From Octopus sinensis (lineage: Eukaryota): 64,000 nucleotides of DNA. This document shows positions 1 to 12,060 of this stretch, in pieces. Both the position numbers and the translations under genes were made by a program. Location of the stretch: positions 111,414,001 through 111,478,000 of the forward strand of contig NC_043003.1 of assembly GCF_006345805.1 (NCBI RefSeq), in the 5' to 3' direction. The notes under the pieces were generated by a model that was not told the DNA's origin, ran no database searches, and worked only from the letters and a program-made list of their open reading frames with translations. How positions within the stretch are numbered: the first letter of the stretch is position 1; each line of letters starts with the position of its first letter.

Positions 1-2330
1 GCAAAACACTCACACACAAAAGATACATATACTCCCTCACATATACGCCTATACATACTCACTAAACTCTACATATACAACAATACTTACACACCCACAA
101 AAAACATTATATACATTTATGAGCTTTAACTCACCTTAACATCTCTAACAAACAACTTGCAGTAACCCAATCCCATTCTCTATGCCTACCTCACTACTAC
201 ACTATTCCATTCACATTCCAAGCAACCCTAGTCCACCACCGGTTATTCACGTGGCAAACGAACACCACTCAAAAATTATGAATGAAACAATGTAAAAAAA
301 TAACCAACACCTAAAATAGACAAAATACCACGAATTACCTAAAAAAACCATGATAAACCAAAACTCATAAAAGCATATAACGATAAAATCTCCCTTTGCT
401 AAACCCTATAACAAACTTATATAGCAATACCCCTAACCTAAACATTCACACACCAAAAAACCCACACGTAAACCACAGACCCAAGACTTATACACAAACC
501 TATACTAACTTATAAACCTCAATATACACCAAAACCACTCCCTCTCCACACAGACAAATTAACACATACATCCCAAATCCTAAATAACAAACCCAAATAC
601 ACATTCACACACAAACACACACACACGCAAAACACACACACACAACAGATACATATGCTCCCTCACATATACGCATATACATACTCACTAAAACTCGATA
701 TATACAACAATATTTACACCCACACTCATACAGATAAATAAATTAATTATACAATTAAAAACTCACAACCAATCTCATATACATAAACACTCTTATGAAA
801 ACAACAATAAATACATCGTAATAACCAGAATATCAAAAATAACATTATGACATAAGGATAAATCAAATACATACTTACAATTCAGTTACAAATTATGAAG
901 TGAAATTAGATTCTTAGCCGTTAAAAAACCAAACAAAATTACGTTACCTTGGAAATAACTAATGTAAAAAAGAATACGCGCCATAGAAAGTAAACGTCAT
1001 TCATAGTATGAATGGAGAAATATAATAAATGGAACTAAAAACTATTTCCACGTAGCAAACCAACGCTACTTAAAAAAAATTTATTATGAATGGATTCTTT
1101 AAAAACTATCATGAAAAATCAGTTATATACATTTATGAGCTTTAGCTCACCCTAGCAACTCTAACAACAACTTACAGTAACCCATACTCAATGCCTACCT
1201 CATTACCACCCTAATCCATTCACAATTCCAAGCAACACTAGTCAACCACCCGGTTACAATTCCCAACTCTACCCATTCATTCACAATTTCAACGACGTTC
1301 CCTTCAACAACTCTACATATAGCCTCAACATATACACCGGAGATACACTTACACAGGGATGTATGTGTTTATTTATCCATGTGGGGCTGGAGTGGCCGTT
1401 AGGTGCATATGCTGAGGCTCACATGCAAACCCAAGTACAACGAATGAAGTGGGCACTTATAATTGTTATGGGTGTGTACTTTATTATAAAAGACAATACC
1501 CATATAAAATCTGTCAATTCAACATACAAATAAAAACAAAAAACAAAGGGATCTTAACATTCACACATACATACAAAACTCAATAAAAACACCACTAAAT
1601 AACACCCAAAAACATATAAATATATCCTCAAAATACATATAACAAATGCAAAATAAAAATACATAAAAAATAAATAAATAAATAAAAATAAAAAAATAAA
1701 AAATCTAATATAAATTATTAAAGTTTTAACGTACCATAAACTGCTAAATTAATATACATTAAAAATGAACTAATTAAAACAAAGAAATATCAATAAAGAC
1801 TAACTATAATTAAATCCTAGACAACATAACCAAAAATATATCATCTAAACTAATTTAAACTAAACTAAAATAACCTAAAAGGGAACTATTATTGCTATTT
1901 ATCATGAAACTTATTATATAAGTAAAGTAACTTGTGTCTACATTTTATTTTGCGCTCCTCCCCAGTATTAAGTAAATTATCATACTTATAAAATAAAATT
2001 TCTTTAAACTCATTAGAGCATAAATAACAACAATTAGCTCCTATATTATATGATTTAGTTTTACAAATTATTTCCCATATTAAACTATAATTAATATTTA
2101 GTGATTTAAGACTCCAAATATACTTACTAAGTCCGGTTGAGTTGATTAAGATTTTATTTTTAAAAGAATTCATATGTTGTGCAATTCTTAGTTTTATTTT
2201 TGAGGAAGTAGAACCTATATAAACCGCTTTTGTGTAATTATTATTCTTAAAGTTATTATCATGTAATGTAACTATACATTTATACACTACATCGTTAATA
2301 TCACAATTATTATTTAATATACAATTAGAT
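1..2330 (-). repeat. Left arm of a >=2.3 kb inverted repeat (inverted pLTR: endonuclease domain plus 3' tail of the PLE)
   Basis: ORF 1895-2287(-) is almost identical to ORF 4230-4658(+). 2321-2330 ACAATTAGAT pairs with 4224-4233, and base 1 pairs with ~6560. Confidence 0.95.
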
Positions 2331-4658
2331 AATTATACCTCTAAATTTAAATCTAGAAAGGAACCTCCATTTAATAAAGAATTACAATTACTTGAAGATA
2401 GTATATGGAAGGTGGTAAAAAATATTGAATTCCATAAATACCCAAATAGAAATAATGAATATTTAAGGAATTTAGCAATTAAAATTAAAGATATGAGAAA
2501 TATGGATAGTATTATAGTACAATCTGATAAAACAAGGAACTTATATAAATTAGATGTTAAATTATATGATAAATTATTAGGGAAAGAAATAATTAAAAAA
2601 TATAAAATTGTTCCAGATGATATTCTTTATAATATTAATAAGGCCTCTAAAGTAGTAATGTTAAAATATGAGTTGGATAATAAAACTGAACCTTATGTAC
2701 CTTTGCACCCCAGAATTACTCTTAAAGACCATAAAGATAATTTTTATTCAGACCCTAAAGTTAGATTAATTTGCCCATGTAAATCGGACCTAGGTAAATT
2801 ATGTAAATTTATTTTAGATAAATATATTGATAAGTTAAATAAACTTAATTATTTAAAATTATGGTTTAGTAATAATAATACATTGAAATGGTTTAATAAT
2901 ATTAAAGATAAAAATCGTTATAAATTTATTCAAATAGATATAGATAATTATTATTCTTCTATTAATGAAATTGTGTTTAATAAAGCGCTTATTTTCGCAA
3001 TGAATAAAGTGGGCATGTCACGGGAAGAAGTTAATGTAATTAAATTGGCTAGGAAATCGCTAATTAAATATAAAAATAAATTATGGGCTAGGAATGATAC
3101 TAGAGATGTTTTGATATACCTATGGGAGCACCAGATTCTGCACAGGCTACTGATTTAGTAGGTATTTTTCTTTTATCTGAACTCCAATTAGAAAATCTTA
3201 AGATAGAGGGTGGTTTATATAGAGACGATCTTCTACTAGTTACAAAGAATTGTACTAATAGGAATCTAGAAGTATATAAGAAAAAACTATATAGTTTCTT
3301 TAAAAGATATGGTTTACGTATTACTATATATAAGGAGAATTATAATGTTAATTATTTAGATGTTAATTTTAATCTTATTACAGGTAAAACACCAACCATA
3401 TCATAAACTTAATGAGAACCTTAGATATATAAATGTTAATAGTAATCACCCATTTTCTATTAAAAAATCGTTGATTAATAATATAAGTAAACGTATTTCA
3501 TTACTCTCTTATGATATAGATTTTTAATAAACATGCTAATTATTATAATGAGGCCCTTAGAGGGGCAGGTTATAATAAGAATATTAAATTTTATAATATT
3601 AGCGATAATGATTTAAATGATAATTTTCGAGATACTTCTAATAATAATTATAATTTTGTTACGTTTAGTGGTAAAAATAATAGATATTATAAAAAAAATA
3701 ATAAAAATGATAAAAAATATAAATAAGAATAATATAATAATAATAAATATAATAATAATAATATAAATAAGAATAATATAAATAAAAATAAATTTAATAA
3801 TTATTATAATAATTATATTGATAAATTTAATAATATTAATAATTCCTTAAATGCTGTACATAGATATAATTCTGATAATAATTTTAATAAAATAAAGAAT
3901 TATAAATATATTTATAATAATGATAATAATAATAAGGTTAATAAGAATAAAATTTGGTTAATAGTTCCTTATGGAGATCAAGTTAAAACGAATATTATTA
4001 AAGAGATTTTAGATGTTATAGAACTATTTATTAGAGATAATCGTAAATATAGAAACATTTTCTCTTTAATAATTTTGGAGTTGGTTACTCTACCACTAAT
4101 AATGTTGGTAACATTATTTCTTCATTTAATAAATATAAACTGAATAATTTTTATAAAAAGAAATTATTTGATATAATAATATAATAATGATAAGACTTAT
4201 ATTAATTGTACATGTAGAGATAAATCTAATTGTATATTAAATATAATTGTGATATTAACGATGTAGTGTATAAATGTATAGTTACATTACATGATAATAA
4301 CTTTAAGAATAATAATTACACAAAAGCGGTTTATATAGGTTCTACTTCCTCAAAAATAAAACTAAGAATTGCAACAAATATGAATTCTTTTAAAAATAAA
4401 ATCTTAATCAACTCAACCGGACTTAGTAAGTATATTTGGAGTCTTAAATCACTAAATATTAATTATAGTTTAATATGGGAAATAATTTGTAAAACTAAAT
4501 CATATAATATAGGAGCTAATTGTTGTTATTTATGCTCTAATGAGTTTAAAGAAATTTTATTTTATAAGTATGATAATTTACTTAATACTGGGGAGGAGCG
4601 CAAAATAAAATGTAGACACAAGTTACTTTACTTATATAATAAGTTTCATGATAAATAG
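2331..4658 (+). pseudogene. PLE polyprotein (RT-thumb-linker-GIY-YIG), 5'-truncated at the inversion junction and broken by several small indels
   Basis: Open frame from 2331 (NYTSKFKSRKEPPFNKELQLLEDSIWKVVKNIEF) into ORF 2412-3158. A shift at ~3108 leads into ORF 3122-3406 (YRDD). Shifts near 3390, 3520 and 3960 join PYHKLNENLRYINVNSNHP and the VKTNII segment. A 1-bp deletion at ~4240 precedes ORF 4230-4658; stop TAG at 4656-4658. Confidence 0.88.
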
Positions 4659-5834
4659 CAATAATAGTTCCCTTTTAGGTTATTTTAGTTTAAATTAGTT
4701 TAGATGTTATATTTTTGGTTATGTTGTCTAGGATTTAATTATAGTTAGTCTTTATTGATATTTCTTTGTTTTAATTAGTTCATTTTTAATGTATATTAAT
4801 TTAGCAGTTTATGGTACGTTAAAACTTTAATAATTTATATTAGATTTTTTTATTTTTTATTTTTATTTTATTTTTATTTATTTTATTTTATTATGTATTT
4901 TTATTTTGCATTTGTTATATGTATTTTGAGGATATATTTTATATGTTTTTGGGTGTTATTTAGTGGTGTTTTTATTGAGTTTTGTATGTATGTGTGAATG
5001 TTTAAGATCCCTTTGTTTTTTGTTTTTATTTGTATGTTGAATTGAAGATTTTATTTGGGTATTGTCTTTTATAATAAAGTACACCCCAAACAATTATAAG
5101 TGCCCACTTCATTCGTTGTACTTGGGTTTGCATGTGAGCCTCAGCATATGCACCTAACGGCCACTCCAGCCCCACATGGATAAATAAACACATACATCCC
5201 CTGTGTAAGTGTATCTCCGGTGTATATGTTGAGGCTTATATGTAGAGTTGTTGAAGGGAACGTCGTTGAAATTGTGAATGAATGGGTAGAGTTGGGAATT
5301 GTAACCGGGTGGTTGACTAGTGTTGCTTGGAATTGTGAATGGATTAGGGTGGTAATGAGGTAGGCATTGAGTATGTGTTACTGTAAGTTGTTTGTTAGAG
5401 TTGCTAGGGTGAGCTAAAGCTCATAAATGTATATAACTGATTTTTCATGATAGTTTTTAAAGAATCCATTCATAATAAATTTTTTTTAAGTAGCGTTGGT
5501 TTGCTACGTGGAAATAGTTTTTAGTTCCATTTATTATATTTCTCCATTCATACTATGAATGACGTTTACTTTCTATGGCGCGTATTCTTTTTTTACATTA
5601 GTTATTTCAAGGTAACGTAATTTTGTTTGGTTTTTTTAACGGCTAAGAATCTAATTTCACTTCATAATTTGTAACTGAATTGTAAGTATGTATTTGATTT
5701 ATCCTTATGTCATAATGTTATTTTTGATATTCTGGTTAATTACGATGTATTTATTGTTGTTTTCATAAGAGTGTTTATGTATATGAGATTGGTTGTGAGT
5801 TTTTAATTGTATAATTAATTTATTTATCTGTATG

Positions 5835-7480
5835 AGTGTGGGTGTAAATATTGTTGTATATATCGAGTTTTAGTGAGTATGTATATGCGTATAGTGAGGG
5901 GATGCATGTGTGTCTTGTGTGTGTGTGTGTTTTGCGTGTTGTGTGTTTGTGTGTGAATGTGTATTTGGGTTTGTTATTTAGGATTTGGGATGTATGTGTT
6001 AATTTGTCTGTGTGGGGAGGGAGTGGTTTTTGGTGTATATTGAGGTTTATAAGTTAGTATATGTTTGTGTATAAGTCTTGGTCTGTGGTTTACGTGTGGG
6101 TTTTTTGTGTGTGAATGTTTAGGTTAGGGGATTGCTATATAAGTTTGTTATAGGGTTTAGCAAAGGGAGATTTTATCGTTATATGCTTTTATGAGTTTTG
6201 GTTTATCATGGTTTTTTTAGGTAATTCGTGGTATTTTGTCTATTTTAGGTGTTGGTTATTTTTTTACATTGTTTCATTCATAATTTTTGAGTGGTGTTCG
6301 TTTTGCCACGTGAATAACCGGGTGGTGGACTAGGTTGCTTGGAATGTGAATGGAATAGTGTAGTAGTGAGGTAGGCATAGAGAATGGGATTGGGTTACTG
6401 CAAGTTGTTTGTTAGAGATGTTAAGGTGAGTTAAAGCTCATAAATGTATATAATGTTTTTTTGTGGTTGTGTAAGTATTGTTGTATATGTAGAGTTTAGT
6501 GAGTATGTATAGGCGTATATGTGAGGGAGTATATGTATCTTTTGTGTGTGAGTGTTTTGCGTGTGAGTGTGTGTTTGTGTGTGAATGTGTATATGGGTTT
6601 GTTATTTAGGTTTTGGGATGTATGTGTTAATTTGTCTGTGTGGGGAGGGAGTGGGTTTTGGTGTATATTGAGGTTTATAAGTTAGTATATGTTTGTGTAT
6701 AAGTCTTGGGTCTGTGGTTTACGTGTGGGTTTTTTGTGTGTGAATGTTTAGGTTAGGGGATTGCTATATAAGTTTGTTATAGGGTTTAGCAAAGGAGATT
6801 TTTTATCGTTATATGCTTTTATGAGTTTTGGTTTATCATGGTTTTTTTAGGTAATTCGTGGTATTTTGTCTATTTTAGGTGTTGGTTATTTTTTTACATT
6901 GTTTCATTCATAATTTTTGAGTGGTGTTCGTTTTGCCACGTGAATAACCGGGTGGTGGACTAGGGTTGCTTGGAATGTGAATGGAATAGTGTAGTAGTGA
7001 GGTAGGCATAGAGAATGGGATTGGGTTACTGCAAGTTGTTTGTTAGAGATGTTAAGGTGAGTTAAAGCTCATAAATGTATATAATGTTTTTGTGGGTGTG
7101 TAAGTATTGTTGTATATGTAGAGTTTAGTGAGTATGTATAGGCGTATATGTGAGGGAGTATATGTATCTTTTGTGTGTGAGTGTTTTGCGTGTGAGTGTG
7201 TGTTTGTGTGTGAATGTGTATATGGGTTTGTTATTTAGGTTTTGGGATGTATGTGTTAATTTGTCTGTGTGGGGAGGAGTGGGTTTTGGTGTATATTGAG
7301 GTTTATAAGTTAGTATAGGTATGTGTATAAGTCGTGAGTCTGTGGTTACGTGTGTGTATTTGTGTGTGAATGTTTAGGTTAGGGGGTTTACTTTATAGGT
7401 TTGTTATAGAGTTTAGCAAAGGGAGATTTTATCGTTATATGTTTTTAAGAGTTTTGTTTTATCATGGTTTTTTTAGGGAA
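5835..7480 (+). repeat. ~628-bp tandem repeat, about 2.6 copies, G/T-rich on the + strand, inside the PLE 3' tail
   Basis: The anchor TATTGTTGTATAT...TTTAGTGAGTATGTATA recurs at ~5850, ~6475 and ~7105; GTGTTTTGCGTG recurs at ~5927, ~6553 and ~7181. Confidence 0.9.
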
Positions 7481-7621
7481 TTCGTGGTAATTAGTCTATA
7501 TTTTCGATATGGATTAATATAGGTTATATATGGATTATATACTTATATTTTTCATTTATACTTTAATTATTTAAAAGTATTATTTTTATATTTTATAATT
7601 TTGATTTTTTAGATTGGAAGT

Positions 7622-7664
7622 CCACCTGAAGATTGTCGATCAAGACAAGAAACGATTGTAGTGG
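7622..7664 (+). ncRNA. Minimal type I hammerhead ribozyme at the PLE 3' end
   Basis: CCAC-CTGAAGA-TTGTC(GATCAA)GACAA-GAAAC(GATT)GTA-GTGG: stem I CCAC/GTGG, intact CUGANGA and GAAA core, 5-bp stem II, 1-bp stem III and a GUA cleavage triplet. Confidence 0.88.
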
Positions 7665-7845
7665 CGGTTTTTTTGACTATTTATTAAATTTTATGTATTG
7701 ATATTAGTCTTTCCTTGTTTGTTTTGCAAAATAGCGGTTTTGTCTCAAATAATATTTTATAATATTTTACTATAAAATTGGATTTAATCCTAAATCTGAT
7801 TTTTTTCCTGTAAATTTGTATATACTCCCTAATATTTATTATTAT

Positions 7846-7892
<47 letters not shown>

Positions 7893-7942
7893 CATATATA
7901 TGTATGTATATATATATGTATGTATATACATATATATATATG

Positions 7943-8321
7943 TACTAGCAGTATCGCCCGGCGTTGCTCAGGTTTGTAAGGGAAATAAGTATAAAGCATT
8001 TTTAGAGAGTTATAGCCAAAAAATAGCAAAAAAATGGAAAAAAAATGATTTTTTTGAGAGTTAAAAAGGTGGAGTTGCGTCCCCTAGACGGTCTGTGGTT
8101 TGGGTTTCTGATTGTCGACCCCATGTCGAATTTATCGATTTTTTTCAGAACTGGGGGAACTTTTCAAAATTTTCGGTGCGTTAGTTTTGAATTATGACAT
8201 TGGGCTATGTGTGTGTCAAGTTTCATCAGAATCGGTTGAAAGCCGTGGTCAGAGTGAGGGTACGAGAAAACAGACACACAGAAACACGCACAGACAAACT
8301 GCCGTTTATATAGAGAGAGAT
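7943..8321 (+). mobile_element. Non-autonomous Helitron/Helentron-like element (Lep1/DINE-1 style)
   Basis: Starts TACTAGCAGTATCGCCCGGCGTTGCTC with a subterminal hairpin. Ends AAGTTTCATCAGAATCGG...CAGACA-type repeats...TTTATATAGAGAGAGAT and is inserted in (TA)n. A second copy of the 5' part starts at 15593. Confidence 0.65.
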
Positions 8322-8323
8322 AC

Positions 8324-8356
<33 letters not shown>

Positions 8357-9054
8357 TATATTATATTATATATCGACAAAATCGGAGGGGGTAGAGAGTT
8401 AGATATAATTTATTATGTCAATATGTCTCTAATTGTGACTGTCTCTTTATAAATGTGTGTGTAGCGCACGCGGCAACGTTGCGTATGTGTGTAAGTATGC
8501 GTGTGCGTATTCATGTCTGTACGCGTTACCTTGTTTATGATATAATGTTACTAGTGTCAGAGATAAATATTTTCCTTTCGTTTAGTTCTTTTTTTTATTC
8601 CTTTTCTCATTCTTTGACGGAAAAGAATAGCGATCAATACATAGAAATAAGATTGATCGGAAACCTGATTGAAAGACTTACTATCAATATAGCAAAGAGG
8701 AGACAAAAGGAAGAAAACGAGAGAAGAGGAAAGGATATTAAGAGCGAGGCTGTTAAGTGCAGAATTATGCATGCATTACAAGCATCGGATCCTGTTGCAT
8801 TTAAAAAGTTGCAGTCGGAGCATTGGTTCATGACAGCATGCAACTGAAAATATAATTTATGTAAGCAGCCGACTGGTGAATAGTGCGTGCATGTTAATAC
8901 ATCTATATACAGAAATTCTACGAGACAGTCATTAGTGAACCTAGTAAAATTATTTGGCGTTTCTTAAGTACACAAATTTTACTTCCACTAAGATGTATGT
9001 ATATAATATATACGTATATATAAATAAATAAATATATATATATAAATAAATAAA

Positions 9055-9105
<51 letters not shown>

Positions 9106-9389
9106 ATATATAATATATTATAATATATATATTATATATATATATATTAATTTAGAGATAAAACCACTATTAGGCAAATCAAACAGTGAAAAATATAAGC
9201 CAATACATAAAATAAATTTAAAAGTTAAAAATGAAAAATTATTTAAATAATTTAAACTTATAAATTTTATATATATATACAAATATATATATGTATGTAT
9301 GTATATTTTTATATTTATATTATTTTATTAATTAATTAATTAATTAATTAATTAATTTTTTTTTAATATCAAACGTATTAAAAGTTAAT

Positions 9390-9431
<42 letters not shown>

Positions 9432-9439
9432 GAGAGAGA

Positions 9440-9645
9440 GAGAGAGAGAGGACAGAGAGATTTTCAGAAATCTCAAACACAGATATTTCTGTGTCCTTTT
9501 CTGTAGAAGAGCGTAGGCTCGACACGTAAAATATCTTCTCACTTTCCCAGCGTTAAACTAATACATCTGTTATTTACACACATGTCTTCGTCTTTTGTTG
9601 TTTTTGTTTTTTTGTAAATAATCACTATATATATTTATATATATA
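9440..9645 (+). mobile_element. Short PLE-type 3'-end fragment with a degenerate hammerhead (9497-9530)
   Basis: TTT-CTGTAGA-A-GAGC(GTAG)GCTC-GACAC-GTA-AAA, then a ~95-bp tail and (TA)n. Same layout as 43306-43338. Confidence 0.55.
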
Positions 9646-9884
9646 TATAACTTATAATTTTTTTAGAAATTTCTGTCGGCTTACATTAAGACGCGTGCTT
9701 ATAATGATGTATCATATGGTTATTGACGATTTTTTCTATTTTCGGCATATGTGACATTAGGTTTTTTTCTTTTGCCTCTGTTTATATGTTGTTTATAAAT
9801 TTAACCTTTAAAGGTATTTTTAATATGGTGGCCATTGATAGAATATTCTTTCGAAAACCTTTATCCTATATGATATATATATAT

Positions 9885-9915
<31 letters not shown>

Positions 9916-9916
9916 C

Positions 9917-9958
<42 letters not shown>

Positions 9959-11331
9959 CGTATATATATATATATATATATGCATATACATTATAAATAT
10001 ACATATATAATACAAACACACATAAATATGTGTGTGTGTGTTTGCGTGCGTATGCATGTATTTCCGATTGTCAAACCAACACCACTTGAAAACCGGTGTT
10101 GGCTGTTTACGTCCCTGTAATTTTGTTTCGTCAAAGTGGGGCAAAAAGAGTGCAAAATAAGTGCCTTAGCCATATTCGAATATATGCACATGAATACACA
10201 CACACAGACTGATATACGTGAGTGTGTGTGTTCGTGTGTGTGAATGCATTTCTCTGTGTGTATGAGCGTGCTTGTGTGTGTGTGTCTGTGTTTGTATCTG
10301 TGCGTGCACGCACTCAATGTTGATTAGTTGTCTGTAACGTAATGCAATAAAGAGACCCTGATGAACCTTGGTGGTTCCAATTCCAATTGAAACATCCAAT
10401 GCATTGTTGTTTCTAATAACCACAATGATGAAAACTACGTCGGAGTAGAGTTATGTAACCATGCGTTTCTCGTAATGTCTTTGATATCTCTCTCTATATA
10501 TAAATAAATAAATATATATATATATATAAATATATATATATATTTATATATATATATAAACATATATTTTATACACGCCTACATATACGTATATCTATCT
10601 ATCTATCTATCTATCTCTCTCTCTCTCTCCCTCTCTCTATATATATATATATGTATATATATATATGTGTGTGTGTGTGTACGTATTTATCTGGCATGTA
10701 TATATATATATTATACAGACATATATCTGTGTGTGAGGTTGTGTGTATGGGTGTGTGCATGTGTGTTTGTGTGAGTGTAAGTGTGTGTCTGTGAATGCAA
10801 TATGTGTGCGAGTATACCTTATCTTTGTGCAAAACATTTTATTCCCGAAGACAGATATATTCCTCAAATGTCATTCCTTAAGAGATGGATGTTGCCCTAG
10901 AGAAAGGAAAAAAAAGCGAAACGCAGAGCCAGAAACCATTTATGCTTATTTCCTTTCATGTTACCATCTCATTCTGACTCGCTGTCTCCAAATAACAGCG
11001 TCTTCGTGCAATTTAAGCCAGTAGATAGTTACAATTCTTTGTTTTCCCAGGGTATCTTCTAATGAAACAGATCGTATTTCGGCGTGCAGAGATATGACAA
11101 GCAACATCCAAGTACAGAAGTATTATACATATGTTAGTAATGTAATAGCTATATAAATTCTGCTGTATATTAACGTATACATTCTTGAGAGAGGCTGAAG
11201 TTTTAACTTCCATTTTCTTTATTAAATCAGTTTTTGAAAGTTCTCATTCAAATTAGTTGAATTAAGATATGTAGCTTCGCAGACAGGGACTTCTACTAAC
11301 TTCTGAAATGTATATGTGTTTGTGGATTTAT

Positions 11332-11370
<39 letters not shown>

Positions 11371-11711
11371 TATACATATATATATATACATATATATACA
11401 TATATAATATACATATATATATATATATACATATATATGTACATATACATATATATATACATATACATATATATATACATATACATATATATATACATAT
11501 ACATATATATATATACATATACATATACATATATATATACATATATATATATACATATACATATGCATATATATACACATACATATATATATATACATAT
11601 ATATATATACATAAATATATATATATATGTATATATATGTATAGAGGGAGAGAGAGAGAGAGGGAGAGAGAGAGAGATACAGACAGACAGACAAATAGTC
11701 AGACAGAGATC

Positions 11712-12003
11712 GATCTTTCTTTATTAGCCACTCAGAGCCGAACACGGAGGGGACAAATACAAGGTAGAGCTTTTCGTTTAGAAAGAAAAAAAGATGAGAA
11801 TATAAAACAAAGAGTAAAAAATTCCGATCAAACGGTGTCGTGTATCACAGAAACGAATAAGAATGTAGAAAACAGATTAGGTTTATCCATGGAAAGAAAA
11901 GCCAGCGAAAATGATCAAGGTTACATTAACAGGGAGGGGAAAACGCATCTGGAACTAATATACATGGTCAAAGTGGTTTCGTCATTCGCGCATACCATCT
12001 TTG

Positions 12004-12005
<2 letters not shown>
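11712..12005 (-). mobile_element. Tx1/L1-like LINE 3'-end fragment
   Basis: ATCTTT...ATTAGCCAC...GGGGACAAATACA terminus shared with the copies at 12061 and 17311. Confidence 0.6.
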
Positions 12006-12059
<54 letters not shown>

Positions 12060-12060
12060 A

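Larger units (their letters stand above)
1..7835 (+). mobile_element. Penelope-like retroelement (PLE) with an inverted 5' pseudo-LTR copy, RT plus C-terminal GIY-YIG endonuclease, long 3' tail and terminal hammerhead; runs off the left window edge
   Basis: PLE RT motifs SDKTRNLY, IDIDNYYSSI, (FDIP)MGAPDSAQATDLVG, YRDD and YLDVNFNL, followed by the endonuclease VVYKC...VYIGST...STGLSKYIW...CYLC...KCRH. 1-2330 is the reverse complement of 4224-6560. The 3' end abuts (TA)n at ~7845. Confidence 0.92.

Noticed and set aside
1895-2287. Stand-alone GIY-YIG homing endonuclease gene on the minus strand
   Set aside because: It is the inverted duplicate of the PLE C-terminal domain (4230-4658).
4659-7500. 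G/T-skewed AT-rich tract resembling a mitochondrial control region or NUMT
   Set aside because: No mitochondrial gene, rRNA or tRNA is recognisable; it is continuous with the PLE ORF and included in the inverted arm.
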